Below are positions 36,224-51,117 of a DNA stretch of 64,000 bases, in pieces. The DNA is from Octopus sinensis (Eukaryota), in NCBI RefSeq assembly GCF_006345805.1, contig NC_043000.1, positions 59,024,001 through 59,088,000 of the forward strand, in the 5' to 3' direction. Positions within the stretch are counted from its first letter, which is position 1. Every line of letters starts with the position of its first letter. The notes beneath the pieces are model-generated. The model made no database searches and was not told the DNA's origin. It was given only the letters and a program-made list of their open reading frames with translations. Position numbers and translations under genes: made by a program.

Positions 36224-37524
36224 GTAATTTGAATTATTTAAAGCTGTACTCAAAAAATAGGATAGGATATGAAAATAGTGTTGTTTATTGTTTTTATCTC
36301 ACAAAAATGTCCAGTATTTTTCATAACTCTGTGAAAATTAATTAAATTCCTTTTACAAGTAAATGTTGATTTTGTAACTTCTTAGAATACTTAAGTCTCA
36401 TATAAAAACCTTCTTTGAGACAAGTTTATTTATCATTACACTACAACTAATTTTTAGACATTTAGTAAAGAAAGCAGTTTTTAACTAGACTTTTATCTTT
36501 ATTTCCTCTTCAGTTGATTATAATGTTTTTCACTTTGCCATTATCCTCATTAATTTTTAAAATTTCAGCAATTTTTTATGTTATTGTAGCAAACGTGTTC
36601 TAAAAGAATTCAGTTATATTATTTATGTACAGAATATGTAATATGGGAATACATATAAAAGTATTAAAAGAGTAAATTATATATGTATATATATTGTGTG
36701 TGAATGTGTGTGTGTAGGAATGCTTACATAATGGCTGTATTTCCTATTATATATTACACAAACCTTAAACATATATATATATATATATCAAATAATTTCA
36801 AAATATCTATTTGGTTTGACTTCATTATTACAACTGTGTGTGTGTGCACACACACGTGTTTGTATGTATGTTTTCCCCATCTCTAAACATGTCCCCCCTC
36901 ACACTGCAGTGCCTAATTAATTATGCAAGTAATCTGTGGAACCAGATATTTTCAGAACCTTGGTGACAAACCCTGATAGTCCAGTTGTTTTTTTGTTTCT
37001 TTTGCCTTTTTATCTTTAGTGGCCCTTTTGATTATACAGTAGTCAACCTCTGTTGGTCCACTTAGAGAAATTCAACTTTTACCCAAACAGTCTCTTCATT
37101 CTTCAGCTGCTCATAGAAGCATTTCCTGCCTTTTTCTTCTCAGTACCAGCCAGGGCAAGTGTGTTGCTTCCATTTCATATGCACTTGATGCCAGCAACAT
37201 TCAGATTTACCTTGACACTTTGTCTAGCAATCCAAATATATATACAAGCATACATATGTACAGTCTGTGTGGTGTAGAATTCTAAAACAAATGTTAGAGT
37301 TCTTCAGACATATTGCTTATTAATAATCAAATACTTACATTTAGAACTTATAGTTTTTCAAGTTTTTGAGTTTGTACTATCAGGTTGCACCATAGACATT
37401 GTAAAATACTTGATTTTTAAATCAACAATAAATAATGATAATAGATAAAGAAAGACAATAATTTATCGCATCTGCTGTTAACTGGTATATAATTATATAT
37501 TTATTCATTGTTTTTTTCTTCCAG

Positions 37525-37620
37525 ATGTATTCTTTTACAATATTAAAAGATTTTATCTTGCCTTATTTATGGTCTGTATTGAACAATTCTGCTCAAGCTA
37601 CTCATGATGTACAATGGCAG
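37525..37620 (+). CDS. IPO13: IPO13 exon 14
   Basis: MYSFTILKDFILPYLWSVLNNSAQATHDVQWQ; phase 0-0. Confidence 0.9.
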
Positions 37621-38513
37621 GTAATTACTTATTTTAACTTTATGTTTAAATTAGACATTATCTACTTTTGTTAGTGTCAAGAAAAACAATCTTAATACAA
37701 ATCATCATAGATTTTTTTCATGTCTCATGTTGCCAAACTGACAATCTTGTGCCATTTCCTCCATAACACCCAGCATCCTGATATCTAACCTTACCACTTT
37801 TTCTCACATCCTTCTTGGCCTTACTCTGACACCATTACTTTCCACACTCAGTACACGTAACCTTTTTAACTCAGCACTCACTTTTGGACTTTTGTATTCC
37901 ACGTTGGTAGCATCACTGTCTTCTTTTCTACACACATTGGTTGATGATTTGAATAACTGACAGTTTTTTCTGATCGCATGTGCTCCAGCTTTTACTCATG
38001 CATAACGAATCCTTTAGAGAATACTTATTTTGTTTGCCATATTCTAATAGTTAATGATTGTTTAGTCAGGATATTTTGTGAAATGAATGATTCTATAAAT
38101 TTAGATGTAACCTATAGTTTACATTCTCTCACTGTTCAATCATTAAATTATAATTCACATTACTATTGCGTTATGTGTTGTGATATAATAACATAATGTT
38201 GCATGAATATTTAATGAATATATAAAATGGTGAGCTGGCAGAACCATTAGCTCACTGGGCAAATGCTTTGTGGCATTTTGTCCATCCTTATGTTCTGAGT
38301 TCAAATTCTGCTGGGGTCAACTTTGCCTTTCATCCTTTCTGGGGTTGATAAAATAAATACCAGTTGAGTACTAGGGTCAGTATAACTGACTTACCCCACC
38401 CACTGAAATTGCTGGCCTTGTGCCAAAGTTTGAAACCAATATTTTATGAGTATGTTATCTCAAGTTTCATACATTCTAAATTTGATATTTCGTTAATTTG
38501 ATTCTATTTTCAG

Positions 38514-38661
38514 GTGTTTGAAGGAATTTTTTTCCTCTACAGTGCCATTGCTGAAAGAGTTGAATTGAGTGAGAAAACTTATTTGCCTGCGTTGCTGAAC
38601 TTTCTACCACAGTTAACTTTTCACCATCCAACACTTATATCAACCACATTAGCAATGATTG
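38514..38661 (+). CDS. IPO13: IPO13 exon 15
   Basis: VFEGIFFLYSAIAERVE...LISTTLAMI; phase 0-1. Confidence 0.95.
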
Positions 38662-39020
38662 GTAAGTGATACTTGTAATAGAGGATAAACATTAACAAAA
38701 GTAATAAATATGAACTTCATATAAACTTCATTATTATCTATGTTTTATGTTCTAATACATGAATAGTTCCACACATTTAAAGAAAGAACATCAGTAAAAA
38801 TAGTAAAATAGGAAATTAATCACACAATATGTTCTGTAAGTGAAAGTAGATTTTCAAAGATTTTTATTGAATTTCTTTATTATGGAGTAATTTTGGTGAA
38901 GCATTGTGTGGTGTAACTTTAAAGAGATTTGTTGTGTAAGGCTGGAACAATGCAAGAAAGTACAAAGTAAACTATAAAAGGAAAACAAAACAAAAGTTGC
39001 AGTTTTATCTTAAATTTCTA

Positions 39021-39588
39021 TTGCGTTTTCCGGAAAGTTCGTGCTGATTTTTAAGGGAAAGAAAAAGGTCAATAAATACTTGCCATTACATTTTTAATCA
39101 ACCTAATAATTTGAACCATTTTGTTGCACAATGCATCTCCATCTTCCTGTAACTTGAAAATGCCCTCTTCCCAGAATTGAGGTGGTTTCATGGCAAAGAA
39201 TTCATCAAGGTATCTTTTTACGTCATCCAAGGAATTGGAATTTTTACCATTAAGACTATTCTGCAGAGACCTGAATAAGTGGAAATCTGAAGGAGCAATA
39301 TCTGGTGAATATGGAGGGTGGGGTAACACATCTCAGCCGAGCTGCAGCAATTTTTGTCTGGTTCCCAAAGCATCAAGTGCTGAAAGTGAACTTTCTTATC
39401 TTCCATTTTAAAGGGTTACAGAATTAACACAGGTTATAGGAGCATGAACCTTCTTCCACGAAAAGATACCTTAAACTGTGCTCTAAATGGAGGTGTAGTC
39501 AAATCCTATTTTATGAACTCAACCATGTTCTAAAATAAGTCGAAAGGTAAGCTACTATAAATCGGCACAAACTTTCCGGACAACCCAA
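39021..39588 (-). mobile_element. Internally deleted mariner (568 bp)
   Basis: TIRs ttgcgttttccggaaagttcgtgctgattt / aaatcggcacaaactttccggacaacccaa, with TA on both sides. Retains the PHPPYSPDIAPSDFHLFRSLQN C-terminus. Confidence 0.9.
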
Positions 39589-41717
39589 TATATCTGGGTT
39601 ATGACCTTTCTTTATTATCTTGTTTACTCTTTTTTCTTATCATCTAGTAATTTATTTTACCTAAATGCAGCAATAGACTACATTGATAGTTTGGTAGGGA
39701 TATTTGAGTTATATGTTCCTACTTAGTTTGTTTCTGAATGGAACCAGTGATCTCCCGTTGGTAGAAAGTGGTTGGAAGAAAGTTTGTTGCCAGAAAAAGG
39801 ATTTTCACCCCATAAATAAATTCTTTTCTACTCTAGGCACAAGGCCTGAAATTTTTGGAGAGGGGGGCCAGTCGATTAGATCGACCCCAGTGTTCAACTG
39901 GTACTTAATTTATTGACCCCAAAAGGATGAAATGCAAAGTTGGCCTTGAGGGAATTTGAACTCAGAACATAAAGACAGACGAAATACCACTAAGCATTTT
40001 GCCCGGCGTGCTAATGTTTCTGCCAGCTCTCTGCCTTCACCCCCAAGTAAATTAACCTTTGAGCATTTAAACTGGCCATATCTGTTCCAAATATTCTACA
40101 TGTTTTATGTTCAAATCAGCCAGGTCCAGCCTCTCACACTTATCTTACAATGTTATTCTCAAAATAAGCAGTCACATTGAGAAATTATAGTTACAAGATA
40201 ATGCATGGTTAATTCAAAATAATGTGAATAATTAAGCATTACATTTGATAAAATAATTTGAATGCTAAAGGGTTAAACTATATGATTTATAAATCATACC
40301 ATCTTGTTTGATAGGTCAGGCTTAAGGAATTAAGCCTGTCATATCTCTTTGTGTTCTGAATTCAAATCACTTCTTGGCTATTTGGATGGTGATAAACTTA
40401 ACTCATTGCCTGCTTTAACATGACCACCTGGTCTTTGGGTGTCTTTAATAGAACAGTCAAGTTAAATGTCCAGTAGTTTGAGAATATGTATCTTCCCTCT
40501 CACACACCAGTCATAGAGGCCCTGGAAAGGGTTATGAACACTTCCCTTCCCTTTTGACTAAGTGAAAAATGAAAAAAGAAACATGTATAACATTCTCAAA
40601 ATTTATATTCTAAAATCTAAGCTTCTTCTGTAAAACAATAAGATATTTGAGCACTGGTTGGTTGCTAACAAACTTCAAGTGGGACCTACATTGGAGCATT
40701 GCTTACATATCTTAGTTAGTCCTGCTACTACTTACCAGCATTCTAGATTACATCTAAACCATGAACATTTGACTGACTGGCAAAGACTCATTCACCAACA
40801 CAATACAACCACTGGTTCACAGACACAGTGTGTATTTATTCTCTCCGCCTCTTCAACCATTACTATAATGTTTTTCCTCTGAATTATCAAGATGACACCC
40901 CATCTCTTTTATTCTTATAAGTCCTGCTGTGTCTCATTCACCCCACTTCTGGTCTCACTTAATATTTTACATAGTCATTATTCTCTGTTGAAAAGCAGCA
41001 GCTGGTAGAATCATTAGCATACTGGACAAAATACTTAGTGGCATTTCTTATGGTCTGTGTTCAAATTCTGCCTAGGTTAACCTTACCATTCATCATTTTG
41101 GAGTCAATAAAATAAGTATTAGTTGAACACTGGAGTCATTGTAATCAACTATCTATCTCTCAAAATTCCTGGCCTTGTGCCTATAGTAGAATTCTCCTCT
41201 GTTGAGCTGCAATCTTCTGGAGTTTTCAAACTGAACTTCAATCGCATCAACCTCACCAATCAGGGAAGACTTATAAAAGTGATAGACACTGCTTGTCTTT
41301 CCAAATAAGCTAACTCTGGAGCTTCTACACAGTTGCTTGACCAGCTAGAAACAGAAGTGAAATTGTCCTCAAATTACACTTTAGCATCTCAAAAAAATAA
41401 ATAAATAAATGTATAAAATAAACATTGAGATGGTCATAGCTTGAATACCTTTTATCATAGACTTGTTCAGGGTCATCTTGGGGTTAAGCAAGCAGCAACA
41501 ACAACTAATTAAAAAATTATTTTTTTTTGTGTGTAAATTAATTCATCATAATTGACTATACTACTATATTTAAGATGATCATTTATGTAAATGTAAAACT
41601 ATTTCTCCTCTCTCTAATATAATTTTTTAAATATACATGAAAGTAAAAGAAAAATTGTGAATAGAAAACAAAATATTTTCTTTTAAATCTCAAAATAAAA
41701 AATTCTTTCTGTTTAAG

Positions 41718-41899
41718 GTTCATTTGCTGAATGGTTGAACTGGAATCCAGATGTACTTCAGTCTGTAATTCCAATGTTACTTGAAGCCCTACAGAATCCT
41801 GAGGTTGTGACACCTGCCTCTTTGGCTTTGAAAGATGTTACAAAAGAAACTCGAGATCATCTTCCACCTTTTGCACCCCAAATTCTAACTGCTTGTCAA
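41718..41899 (+). CDS. IPO13: IPO13 exon 16
   Basis: (G)SFAEWLNWNPDVLQSVIPMLLEALQNPEV...LPPFAPQILTACQ; phase 1-0. Confidence 0.97.
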
Positions 41900-44800
41900 G
41901 TAAGCTGTTTTATGTTTTTTCCTGACTTCTGATAATATTTGTTGAAAATCAGCATGAGCTGATTTTCAACAATATTTGTTATTTATTTATTTAGGTACTT
42001 TGTTGAGGGAAATTTGGCTGTTGCATTGTGCAGGTAATGTAATTATGCAAAAGTTTCCATGCTAGCTTGTGTAGAAACTCCTTCATTAGATTAAAATAGA
42101 GTCTCTCCCTCATTAGCTTATGCAGAAGCTCTTTCATTTGCTGAATTTGCTTTTCTTGCAGTTGAATAGTTTGTACTGAGGAAGACATCTATATATAGAG
42201 ATTTTTGCTTCTGTCAGTAGTTTATGTGAATATCCTAAATCAAAACAGAATTCAATTCATACAAATATGAAACATATTTTAAAACATAATTTCATACATT
42301 TTTATATAAAGCTTTATAAAACTATTTTGAATATTTAAACTGGAAGGGAATTTGGCAGAAAAGTAATACATGTAAAACTAGCACAAAAACAAATTCCTAA
42401 ATTTGTGCAATTATTAGTTAATAGTGAGACTTCTATGAATGACTTAGGGAGGAATTTTACTCAATGATGGATGCCACTGCAGTATATACTTAAAATAGAA
42501 AATTCTGCAATTTGCCAAAACACTGGCAGTAAACATCAATTCAGTGTCATTTACTATATCTCACTTTGAATGTCAAGGAATATGGGAATAATTTCAGTTT
42601 ATTTTTCATATCTAACAGATTTGAGGATGTATTAGACAGAAAAAGCTCTCATTATCCTACATGCAAGTATTTTCCTTTTTAAAGTAATATGTATAGGCTT
42701 ATGAAGCCATGCGCAAACTGAGTGAAAGTAGGGTTTCAACCACAATGTATACAAACATGCAGAGCTTAAATACTTTTCGCATGAGTCTTAAAACGAAACG
42801 CTTGAAATTACTAAAAATAAACAAGCTTTTGATAGTTTTAAAAAGAAATATCTATCTTAAGCCTTCAAGATAGTGATGCTGGCTTCGTTGAAAGCAGTGT
42901 TGTCCTTGATAGCATCTAAGGCTTCAGCTATGTCTGGCATGATACATTACAACATGCACAGATGTTACTCCTTTTGAACCAAAGTCCATAATGTTTAGCT
43001 ATGTTTCCTGCATGCTTTCTTTTATACATTGATGATCTACTTTCTCTCACCACTAATCATATACATTCTTATGAAGATGACACCACCTTTCACTACTCCT
43101 TAACCTTCAACACATACATCATCTACATGTAACATAAACACCTCAAGCCTCTAATGACTACATCATTCTTCTCCCTCAAACATCCTCTAATAATTAGATA
43201 TCCCAAAACATCCCCTTATGAGCATAAACCCTATAGCATTCTTTAATGGAGATATGACAATCTAGTCTCTTTTAACAGCACAAATGCATAATTACCACAC
43301 TACACCCATCTGGTGCAATACATGGTTAAAACTCTCACAGTTACTACAATGCTATTTGTCACAATCTCTGATGATCGCTCATGTGAATCTCATATATATA
43401 TATATATATATATATATTTAATTATTTATTTACCTGAAACATTGCCACAAATGCACCACAAATACTAAGCTTTCACTTCAAGACCTGAAGATGCTTTGAT
43501 TAGTGACCATCTACAAAACTCAAGTGTGATTCACATTGAAGTACTCTGCATATATCTTTGAGTGCTGATATTGACACACACCACATAAAAAGTAAGCCTT
43601 TCTGTTGAATGACAAAGAGTCACTTACCAAAGCAGTGTAATTACTGGCTCATAAACATATTTGTATGTTCTAATATTGCTACAACAAGCCTTTATGAACT
43701 AGCATGCTTTTTACTTCACTCAAGCCTGCCTGACAATTTTCTCATTCTTCATCTCATCACTCTTTCTTTGTCTCAAATTGTGTGCTAAATATTTTGATAA
43801 CTCGTCCTTGTTTGAACTGAAACTCTCTAAAATTCACTCCTACAAAGTTCTCATTGCATTTGTCAAGATATAGATGTTCCAACTGAATACATTAACAGTT
43901 TATGAAGGCTTATAAATGTGATTGACTGTGACCCTTCTCCCCTGATTAATTAACAACAAAATAATAAAATAAAAAAAGACAGGATAGTAGATTTGAATTA
44001 TTCAATCATTCATTGTTCTAGATTTGAAATAAGTACCTTATTGAATAGACAGTTAAAATAATTGACATGTGGAGAAAGTGAACTAGCAGTTATTAGTATC
44101 TTCATTGTAAGAAAATTTGTGTAGAAATACTTATTGAGATTTGTCATTAGGTTTACCTAACACAGTTGCTATGCATACCAACAAAAGTCTTGTGGCCTTG
44201 CTCTCTTTACACATGAGTAACACACAAGATACAACCCTAACATAAAACATTGACCAAACTGCTATCCAGAAGACTAGAGTTCTTCCTCAGTACCAGAAAA
44301 TACCTTGAGCCTGTTCTGTTGCTGATCCTCTACATCCAAGGCAACATCAAAAGAAAGCTGTTTAGCCAATTAGCAAAAACTCACTTATCAAGACACAACA
44401 TCTCACAAACGTATTGTTTCTCCTCTTTACATCTTCTTTCAGCATTACAACAACAATAGCTACTCTATGAACTAGCAGTTTACATATCTCCCTTAATCAT
44501 TTCTACCTTGTTTTTGTAACCCTCACTGTGTCCTGTCTCCCAGATCCTGCACTATACACTTTACCAAATTATTCATCTCTAGGACTGCAACTCTCTGAAA
44601 TTCCTACTCAGACATTGACCTACAAATTTTTAAAATGTGTATAAATCATTGTTTGAAACACTGCTTTTCCTTCATAACTCACACCATTTCACATAGGTTT
44701 GATAATTTCCACATAAAATTCATATCAGTTTTAACAACACATTCCTATAACATTGTATGAGACACGAGTACAACTTTTATTAGAGTACTGCTCCAACAAA

Positions 44801-45257
44801 TAACATCAAAACACGTAACTCATTAGCAAAGACTCATTAAGATACTACGACACAATAGCCTTAAAGTTGGGGTGATTGTGCCTCTGGATAAAGCATATAA
44901 CTCTTCTTACTTCAGTCTGCCTGGTTGACTACAGGTACTGCTTTTACTATCAAGTAGTTGACAGTAGGAAACACATAAAGCTCTGAAACCCATTTCCCTT
45001 GCAATATGCAAATGTCCAAGTTTGCAAAACCATCGTCTCAACTATGCTAATGTGGAAAAATATATATAAAAGCTTTAAAAAAATATATATCTTTATTAAA
45101 GAAAGATTGTAAGTTGCTGCTAATTTTTGCTAAGCAATTTAATTATACTAACCTTTTGAATAATTTGGAATAACATTAAACTTCTGTTATTTTGTTCTGT
45201 GCATTCTTATATGCATAAGAGTTTACTAAATCACTTTTGAAATTTTAATAATTTCAG

Positions 45258-45284
45258 AATGTTCTGGAAAGGAAAACTCTTAAG
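45258..45284 (+). CDS. IPO13: IPO13 exon 17 (27-nt micro-exon)
   Basis: NVLERKTLK between ttcAG and GTAAGA; aligns to human DVLMKQIHK. Confidence 0.85.
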
Positions 45285-45542
45285 GTAAGATTTCAAATAT
45301 TTTTATTGAGACATATTACAGTGAAAACTTAGATATTCTGTAAAAATTAGTTTCAGGCTTCTCCTGGTGAAAAATAATCCTATGAAATTTGCTCCAAGTA
45401 TTAATTTTTTAAATTCTAATTCTTATTTTCTCATTAATATTGCAATGCCATGATGTTAATCAACACATACCTATATAGGATTGTTAAATTTAGAATTGTG
45501 TCATATAAAGCATTAAAATATGTTTTAAAATATTTTTTGCAG

Positions 45543-45677
45543 CCTAAAGAATTGACAAGAATGATGGCTATAACAGGACATGTTCTCAGTGTTCTTCAGT
45601 TCCAGGAGATTATGTTATATTTGGATAAATTGATCAGCCCCCAGATTCAAGAACTTGAACTACTAGCAAAAGAAGAG
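45543..45677 (+). CDS. IPO13: IPO13 exon 18
   Basis: PKELTRMMAITGHVLSVLQ...LISPQIQELELLAKEE; phase 0-0. Confidence 0.95.
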
Positions 45678-46602
45678 GTACAGCTACTTTTACCATTTTA
45701 TTTTCAAATGTAATGTATATATAAATATATCTTCATCATCATCATGTCCATGTTCCATGCTAGCCAGGGTTGGATGATTTGACAGGACCCAATGAGCTCA
45801 AGGAGTGCATCATGCTCCAGTGTTTCTTTGGCATGGCTTCAATGGCTGGATGCCCTTTCTAATGCCAACCACTTCACTGCTTACACTGGATGCTTTGTGC
45901 TACTAGTACAAGACTATGAACTTTATGCTTGGCAGATATCTCTCTCTTTCTCTCTCTCTCTCAAGTTGATAGCTCAGAGTTACAGTAACTATTGTTTACT
46001 GGGAATGTAAACATCACTGTTTTGTTCAAACAGTATGATGTGAAGAGATGTGGAATGCAAATATTCATGTACACACATGCATTCACTGGCATACATATGC
46101 ACACATACACATATGCATGCATTATACTTGTTTTTTTTTCAGTCATTGGACTGTAAGCCATCTATGGTCACTGCCTTTAATTGGTTTAGTCAATCAAGTC
46201 AACCCCAGTACTCATTTTAAGTCTGGTTTTCTGTCAGCCCCTTTTACTGTATCACTAGGCTATGTGAATGCAAACCAAGCAACACCAGTTGTCAAGTGAT
46301 GAAAGACAAATGCAAATGCATTTACACACACACTTGGCAACCGATGTTAGTGTGTTTACGTCCCCGTAACTTAGCAGTTTGGCAAAAGAGAACAATAAGA
46401 GAACAACGAATAAGTCCTGGGGTTGATTTGTTCAACTGAAGGTTGTGCTCCAGCATGGCCTCAGTTAAATTCGTTGATGAACCATTGATTGGCCCAGAGC
46501 TATTGTGTAATACACTTGCTTCAACTATTGATGAACCTGAAACCATATGGCTGAGGATTGAACTACTTAACCATACAGCCATGACATGAACACATATATA
46601 TA

Positions 46603-46806
46603 TGAGGGGGTGCTGAAAAGTTCCTGGCTTTAGGGGTATTGCGAAAGGCCTGGTTCCAAGCTCTTTTGCAGAGCTTAGAAAAACTAAAGGACCGCTGCAA
46701 TAAATGTATGAATTTGGGAGGGAAATAATGTTCAATAAAATCATACTTAACTGATCCTCCTGTGTTTTCTTTCACCTAAAATCAAGGACTTTTCAGTACC
46801 CCCTCA
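46603..46806 (+). mobile_element. Mariner-derived MITE (204 bp)
   Basis: TIRs tgagggggtgctgaaaagttcctgg / tcaaggacttttcagtaccccctca, TA flanks, and an internal remnant LEKLKDRCNKCMNLGG of the transposase C-terminus. Confidence 0.85.
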
Positions 46807-48077
46807 TATATACGATGGGCCTTCCTTACAGTTTCCATCTGTCAAATGAAACCATGTTGTTATGAAGTGGATTTTATATTCACATCCTCATTTTATGTGT
46901 GGATGTAAATTTTTATGAAGACCATATATACATATGTACACACACACACAATCAGGGACGTATATTCCAGATGTGCTAGGTATGTGCTGCACACCCATAC
47001 ACCCATCAAAAATGGCAAATTCATTATAAATATTAATCTTACTCATAAATTTAATTGCAAGTCCTAATGGAAAACTTTTGTTATACTCCTGCTTGAAATT
47101 TGGTGACAACCACCATGCACCACATATATATATATATATATATATATATGACATCCAATTGTAAAATAACCATGCCAAAACAAACCTTACTGGTGTCACG
47201 TAAAAAGCACCCAGTCCAATCTGTAAAGTGGTTGGCATTAGGAAGGGCATCCAGCTCAAACAGACAGTGGAGCTTGGTCATCTAATCCATGCCAGCATAG
47301 AAAACGGATGTTAAATGATGATGACGATGAGGATATGTCATCATCATCATTTAACATCTGCTTTCCATGCTGGCATGAGTTAGATGGTTTGACTAGAACT
47401 GGTAAGTCCGAGAGCTGCATCAGGTTTCAGTCTGATTTGGCATGGTTTCTACAGCTGGTTGTCCTTCCTAACACCAACCACTCCAAGAGTGTAATGGATG
47501 CTCTTTACATGCCAGTAGCATGGGTGGTATTTACATGACACTGGCAACTGCCATGACTATGATTTATATGACACTAGCAATGGACAATACTATGATTTAC
47601 ATGACATTGGCAATGGCCACAACTAGGTTCACTTGGCTTCATAAATCTTCTTAAGCTCAGCATATTGCCAAAGGTCTCGGTCAGTTGTTATTGCCTAAGA
47701 TCATGTTACCGGCAACAGCCACAATTACGATTTCATGGATGCCATTTACATGAAACCAGCAACAACCATAACTACAATTTCATTTGGCTTGATGAGTCTT
47801 CTCAAGTACAACATATCACCAAAGATCTCGGTCACTAGTCATCATCTCTGTGAGGCCCAACATTTGAAGATTATACTTCACGTCATTCCATGGCTTCCTG
47901 GGTCTACCTCTTCCACAAGTCCTCTCCACAGTTAGAGATCAGCACTTCTTTACACAGCTGTTCCCTCCCATACGTCTCACATGACCATACCAGTGCATTC
48001 ATCTCTCTTGCACACCACATCTGATGTCTCTTATGCCCAGTTTTTCTCTCAACAATAAACTATTCTGATTATTTTAG

Positions 48078-48224
48078 CCTTCCAAACCTATATGGGAAGC
48101 CATTAACCAAAAGCTTGATATGTTAAGTTGGCTAATTTCCACAATTAATACTGAGAAAACTGACTCTGAACAGAGTGTGTCTGAAGAGGCTGAGAAAAAT
48201 TCAAAATCAAACCAACCAAATCCA
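48078..48224 (+). CDS. IPO13: IPO13 exon 19
   Basis: PSKPIWEAINQKLDMLSWLISTINTEK...SNQPNP; phase 0-0; includes the acidic loop. Confidence 0.9.
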
Positions 48225-49284
48225 GTAAGTAGGTCTTATTTCTCAATAATTTGTTTCATGTTGTTTCTTCTGTCATTAATAGCATTTTTTGTACAGTAAA
48301 GTTGATTGCTTTGCATTTGACACACTGCCAGTGTTTGGAGGAGAGGAATATTATCTGACTGCTTTAGTCTATCTCATATTCACAAACACTTACCATTGAA
48401 CTATCCACCCTGCTGTGCCATCTATCTGTTCTACTACTACTACTATTATAATGAACCCTGCATTTCAGAACATGCTGACTATATATGAACTCTACCTAAG
48501 CACATTTGATGTACTTGCCATTAATTTGAACACAAACATAAATTGTATTGACCTCATTCTGTTATTGTGGTCTCCAAAAGAAGATCCTCAGTATCAACAC
48601 TTATGTTGACTCCTTAGAATAACAGTTAAAGTTAAATGAATCAATATTAAAGTTTACTCTTTCTATTGAACTTGAGAAGTTGTGAAATGAAGTTTACTGA
48701 ATCTAGATAATTGTGACATTCAATTATTTGATAATTTTAATATTCAGGAAACACCCATCTCCACACCTGTTTTTTTTGAGCTGTTATAAATACATGAATG
48801 AAAAAATAGTTCTTGAATGAATGTGATAATATACTTTATTACATCATTTTTATACTCATTGGCTGAAATTATCTAATCAGACAAATGGAGCAAATGGAAA
48901 GATAATACCTTAGCAAGAATCACTATTAGGCTGGAGCATAATGACTGTTGAGTATCACATAAAGGCTTTATTATCTAATGGTGTAAGGTTGGATATATTG
49001 GCCTGGCTTTCTATTGCATTTCTTCAGCTAGTATAATGATGCATATTAACAATCATCAGTTATATCATTTCCCTCACTGCTTACAACAGTGGACTATCTT
49101 TTACTACTTACAGTTAGGCAGAGTGGTAAATGAAAGTTGAGTAATATTAAGTCAATAATTTGGCCAGTAAGCTAGTACCATATAATTTCAGCCAGATGTA
49201 ACATGTAAAAATAATGTATCAGTCAGGATCAAATAGATCATGGCAAATTAGCATAGAAGCACCACCACTTCTCTTTGACTAAAC

Positions 49285-49321
49285 AGATATATATATATAT
49301 ATATATATAGATATATATATA

Positions 49322-49370
<49 letters not shown>

Positions 49371-49395
49371 TATATATATATATATATATATATAT
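49285..49395. repeat. Long interrupted (TA)n microsatellite
   Basis: Direct. Similar tracts at about 8730-8815, 25330-25415, 54355-54430, 55815-56140 and 59863-59907. Confidence 0.95.
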
Positions 49396-49960
49396 GAAAC
49401 AAATCAACATAAGGGTTTTCCTGGATGGATTAATCAGTAAAATAATTAGATTTGAATCGTATATAGTGTAGTATATTTTCTGAATAATTTTGAGCTTTCT
49501 GAATGATATCAATAAATTACAGAGTATCTTAGAATGGTCTTTCAAGTCTGTCAAAGATGTGGGCAAATCATACTTTTGATGGATTCTCTTTTGCTTTACA
49601 TTTTGATAGAAAATAATCTCTATAGCATTCATTTTATAATTTAGATAGTAATAAAAAAAGATACATGCAGGATGAAGTAAATAGCTAACATATTGCAATT
49701 GATAAAAATTCAAGAAAAGAGTAAAGTAGAAAATTACTGGCCATGAGTTCAAACCTTACAATAGCCAATGTGTTGTATCTGGTACATAACTCAGCCACTT
49801 TCAGTTTCTGAATTATAAATCCCAGTTCAGCACTAGGGTCAATATAATTGGCTTATGCCCATCCTCCATTATTTCTGGCTTTATGCCAAACTTTGAAACC
49901 ATTATTAATGTATTTATCATAGAATCATACTTATTTTTAATATTGTTGTTCTCTTTGTAG

Positions 49961-50041
49961 GTTCTAGTTATAATGCAGCATATTGCACCAATATTGCAAA
50001 GTATATTAACAAAATGGATTACAGATGCCACTGTGATTCAG
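49961..50041 (+). CDS. IPO13: IPO13 exon 20
   Basis: VLVIMQHIAPILQSILTKWITDATVIQ; phase 0-0. Confidence 0.95.
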
Positions 50042-50564
50042 GTAATGTATATTGTATCTTTGTTTATTTTATAAACATTATATAAGATAGACAATAAGTG
50101 CATCTTCTTTTCCTACAATTAAAGAAACTATATTACAAAGATAAAGCTAGAAAAGTAGGTAAGTTAAAACAAAATAGTGGAGAATTAACAGCTGAAGTTT
50201 AATGCAATATTTAAAGTTATCTATCCAGAAAAGAAAGAAAAATAGCAATAGGCAGTAATCTCAAGAAGAATATTCTGTTCTGAAAAAGTTGTATTTATGT
50301 GTAGATATATGATGTATTAGAGCAGTTAAACCTGATCTTTTAGGATAATGTTGGCCTGGAGTGTGAGAGAATGCTACATTCAAATTTAGAAGAAAAAAAA
50401 AGCATGGCTGTGTGGTAAGAAGCTTGCTTCCCAACCTCATGGTTCCGGGTTCAGTTCCACTGTGTGGCACCTTCAGCAAGTGTCTTCTACTATAGCCTTG
50501 GGCCGACCAAAGCCTTGATAGATGGAAACTGAAAGAAGCACAACGTGTATATATATAGTATGGG

Positions 50565-50870
50565 CTATGACAGCCAAGGACATGTGCAAACTTGAAAGAA
50601 ATGAAGCCAGTATGCTTCGCTGGATGTGCAATGTCAGTATGCATGTTCGAAAGAGTGTAAGCATCTTGAGAGAAAAGTTAGGCATAAGAGGAATTAGATG
50701 TGGTGTGCAAGAGAGACAACTGTGCTGGTATGGTCATGTGATGCATATGGACGAGGACAGCTGTGTAAAGAAGTGCTGATCTCTAACTGTGGAGGGAAGC
50801 TGTGGTAGAGGTAGACCCAAGAAGACATGGGATGAGGTGGTGAAGCATGATCTCTGAACTTTGAGCCTCA
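50565..50870 (+). mobile_element. RTE LINE 3' fragment
   Basis: KLERNEASMLRWMCNVS...LREKLGIRGIRCGVQERQLCWYGHV. Related minus-strand remnants at about 37740-37975 and 47900-48025. Confidence 0.85.
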
Positions 50871-51117
50871 CAAAGGCTGTGACTGGTGACTGAGACCTTT
50901 GGCAATATGTTGCGCTTGAGAGGATTCGTCAAGCCAAGTGCACCTGTGCTGGTGACATGTAAAGAACGTCTTTTGAACATCAGGCCTCATGGTGGCAAAG
51001 TGGCTGAGTACCTTACGAGTGTTGGGCCTCATGGACGCAAAGTGACAGAGTTCATTTCGAGTGTTGAGCCTCACAGAGGCAATGACCAAGACCTTTGGCA
51101 TTTTGTCATGCTTGAGA

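Noticed and set aside
49279-49752. Long ORFs rich in YIYIYI/CVCV/ERER (also 55762-56199, 6363-6647 and others)
   Set aside because: Artefacts of stop-free (TA)n, (TG)n and (GA)n microsatellites.
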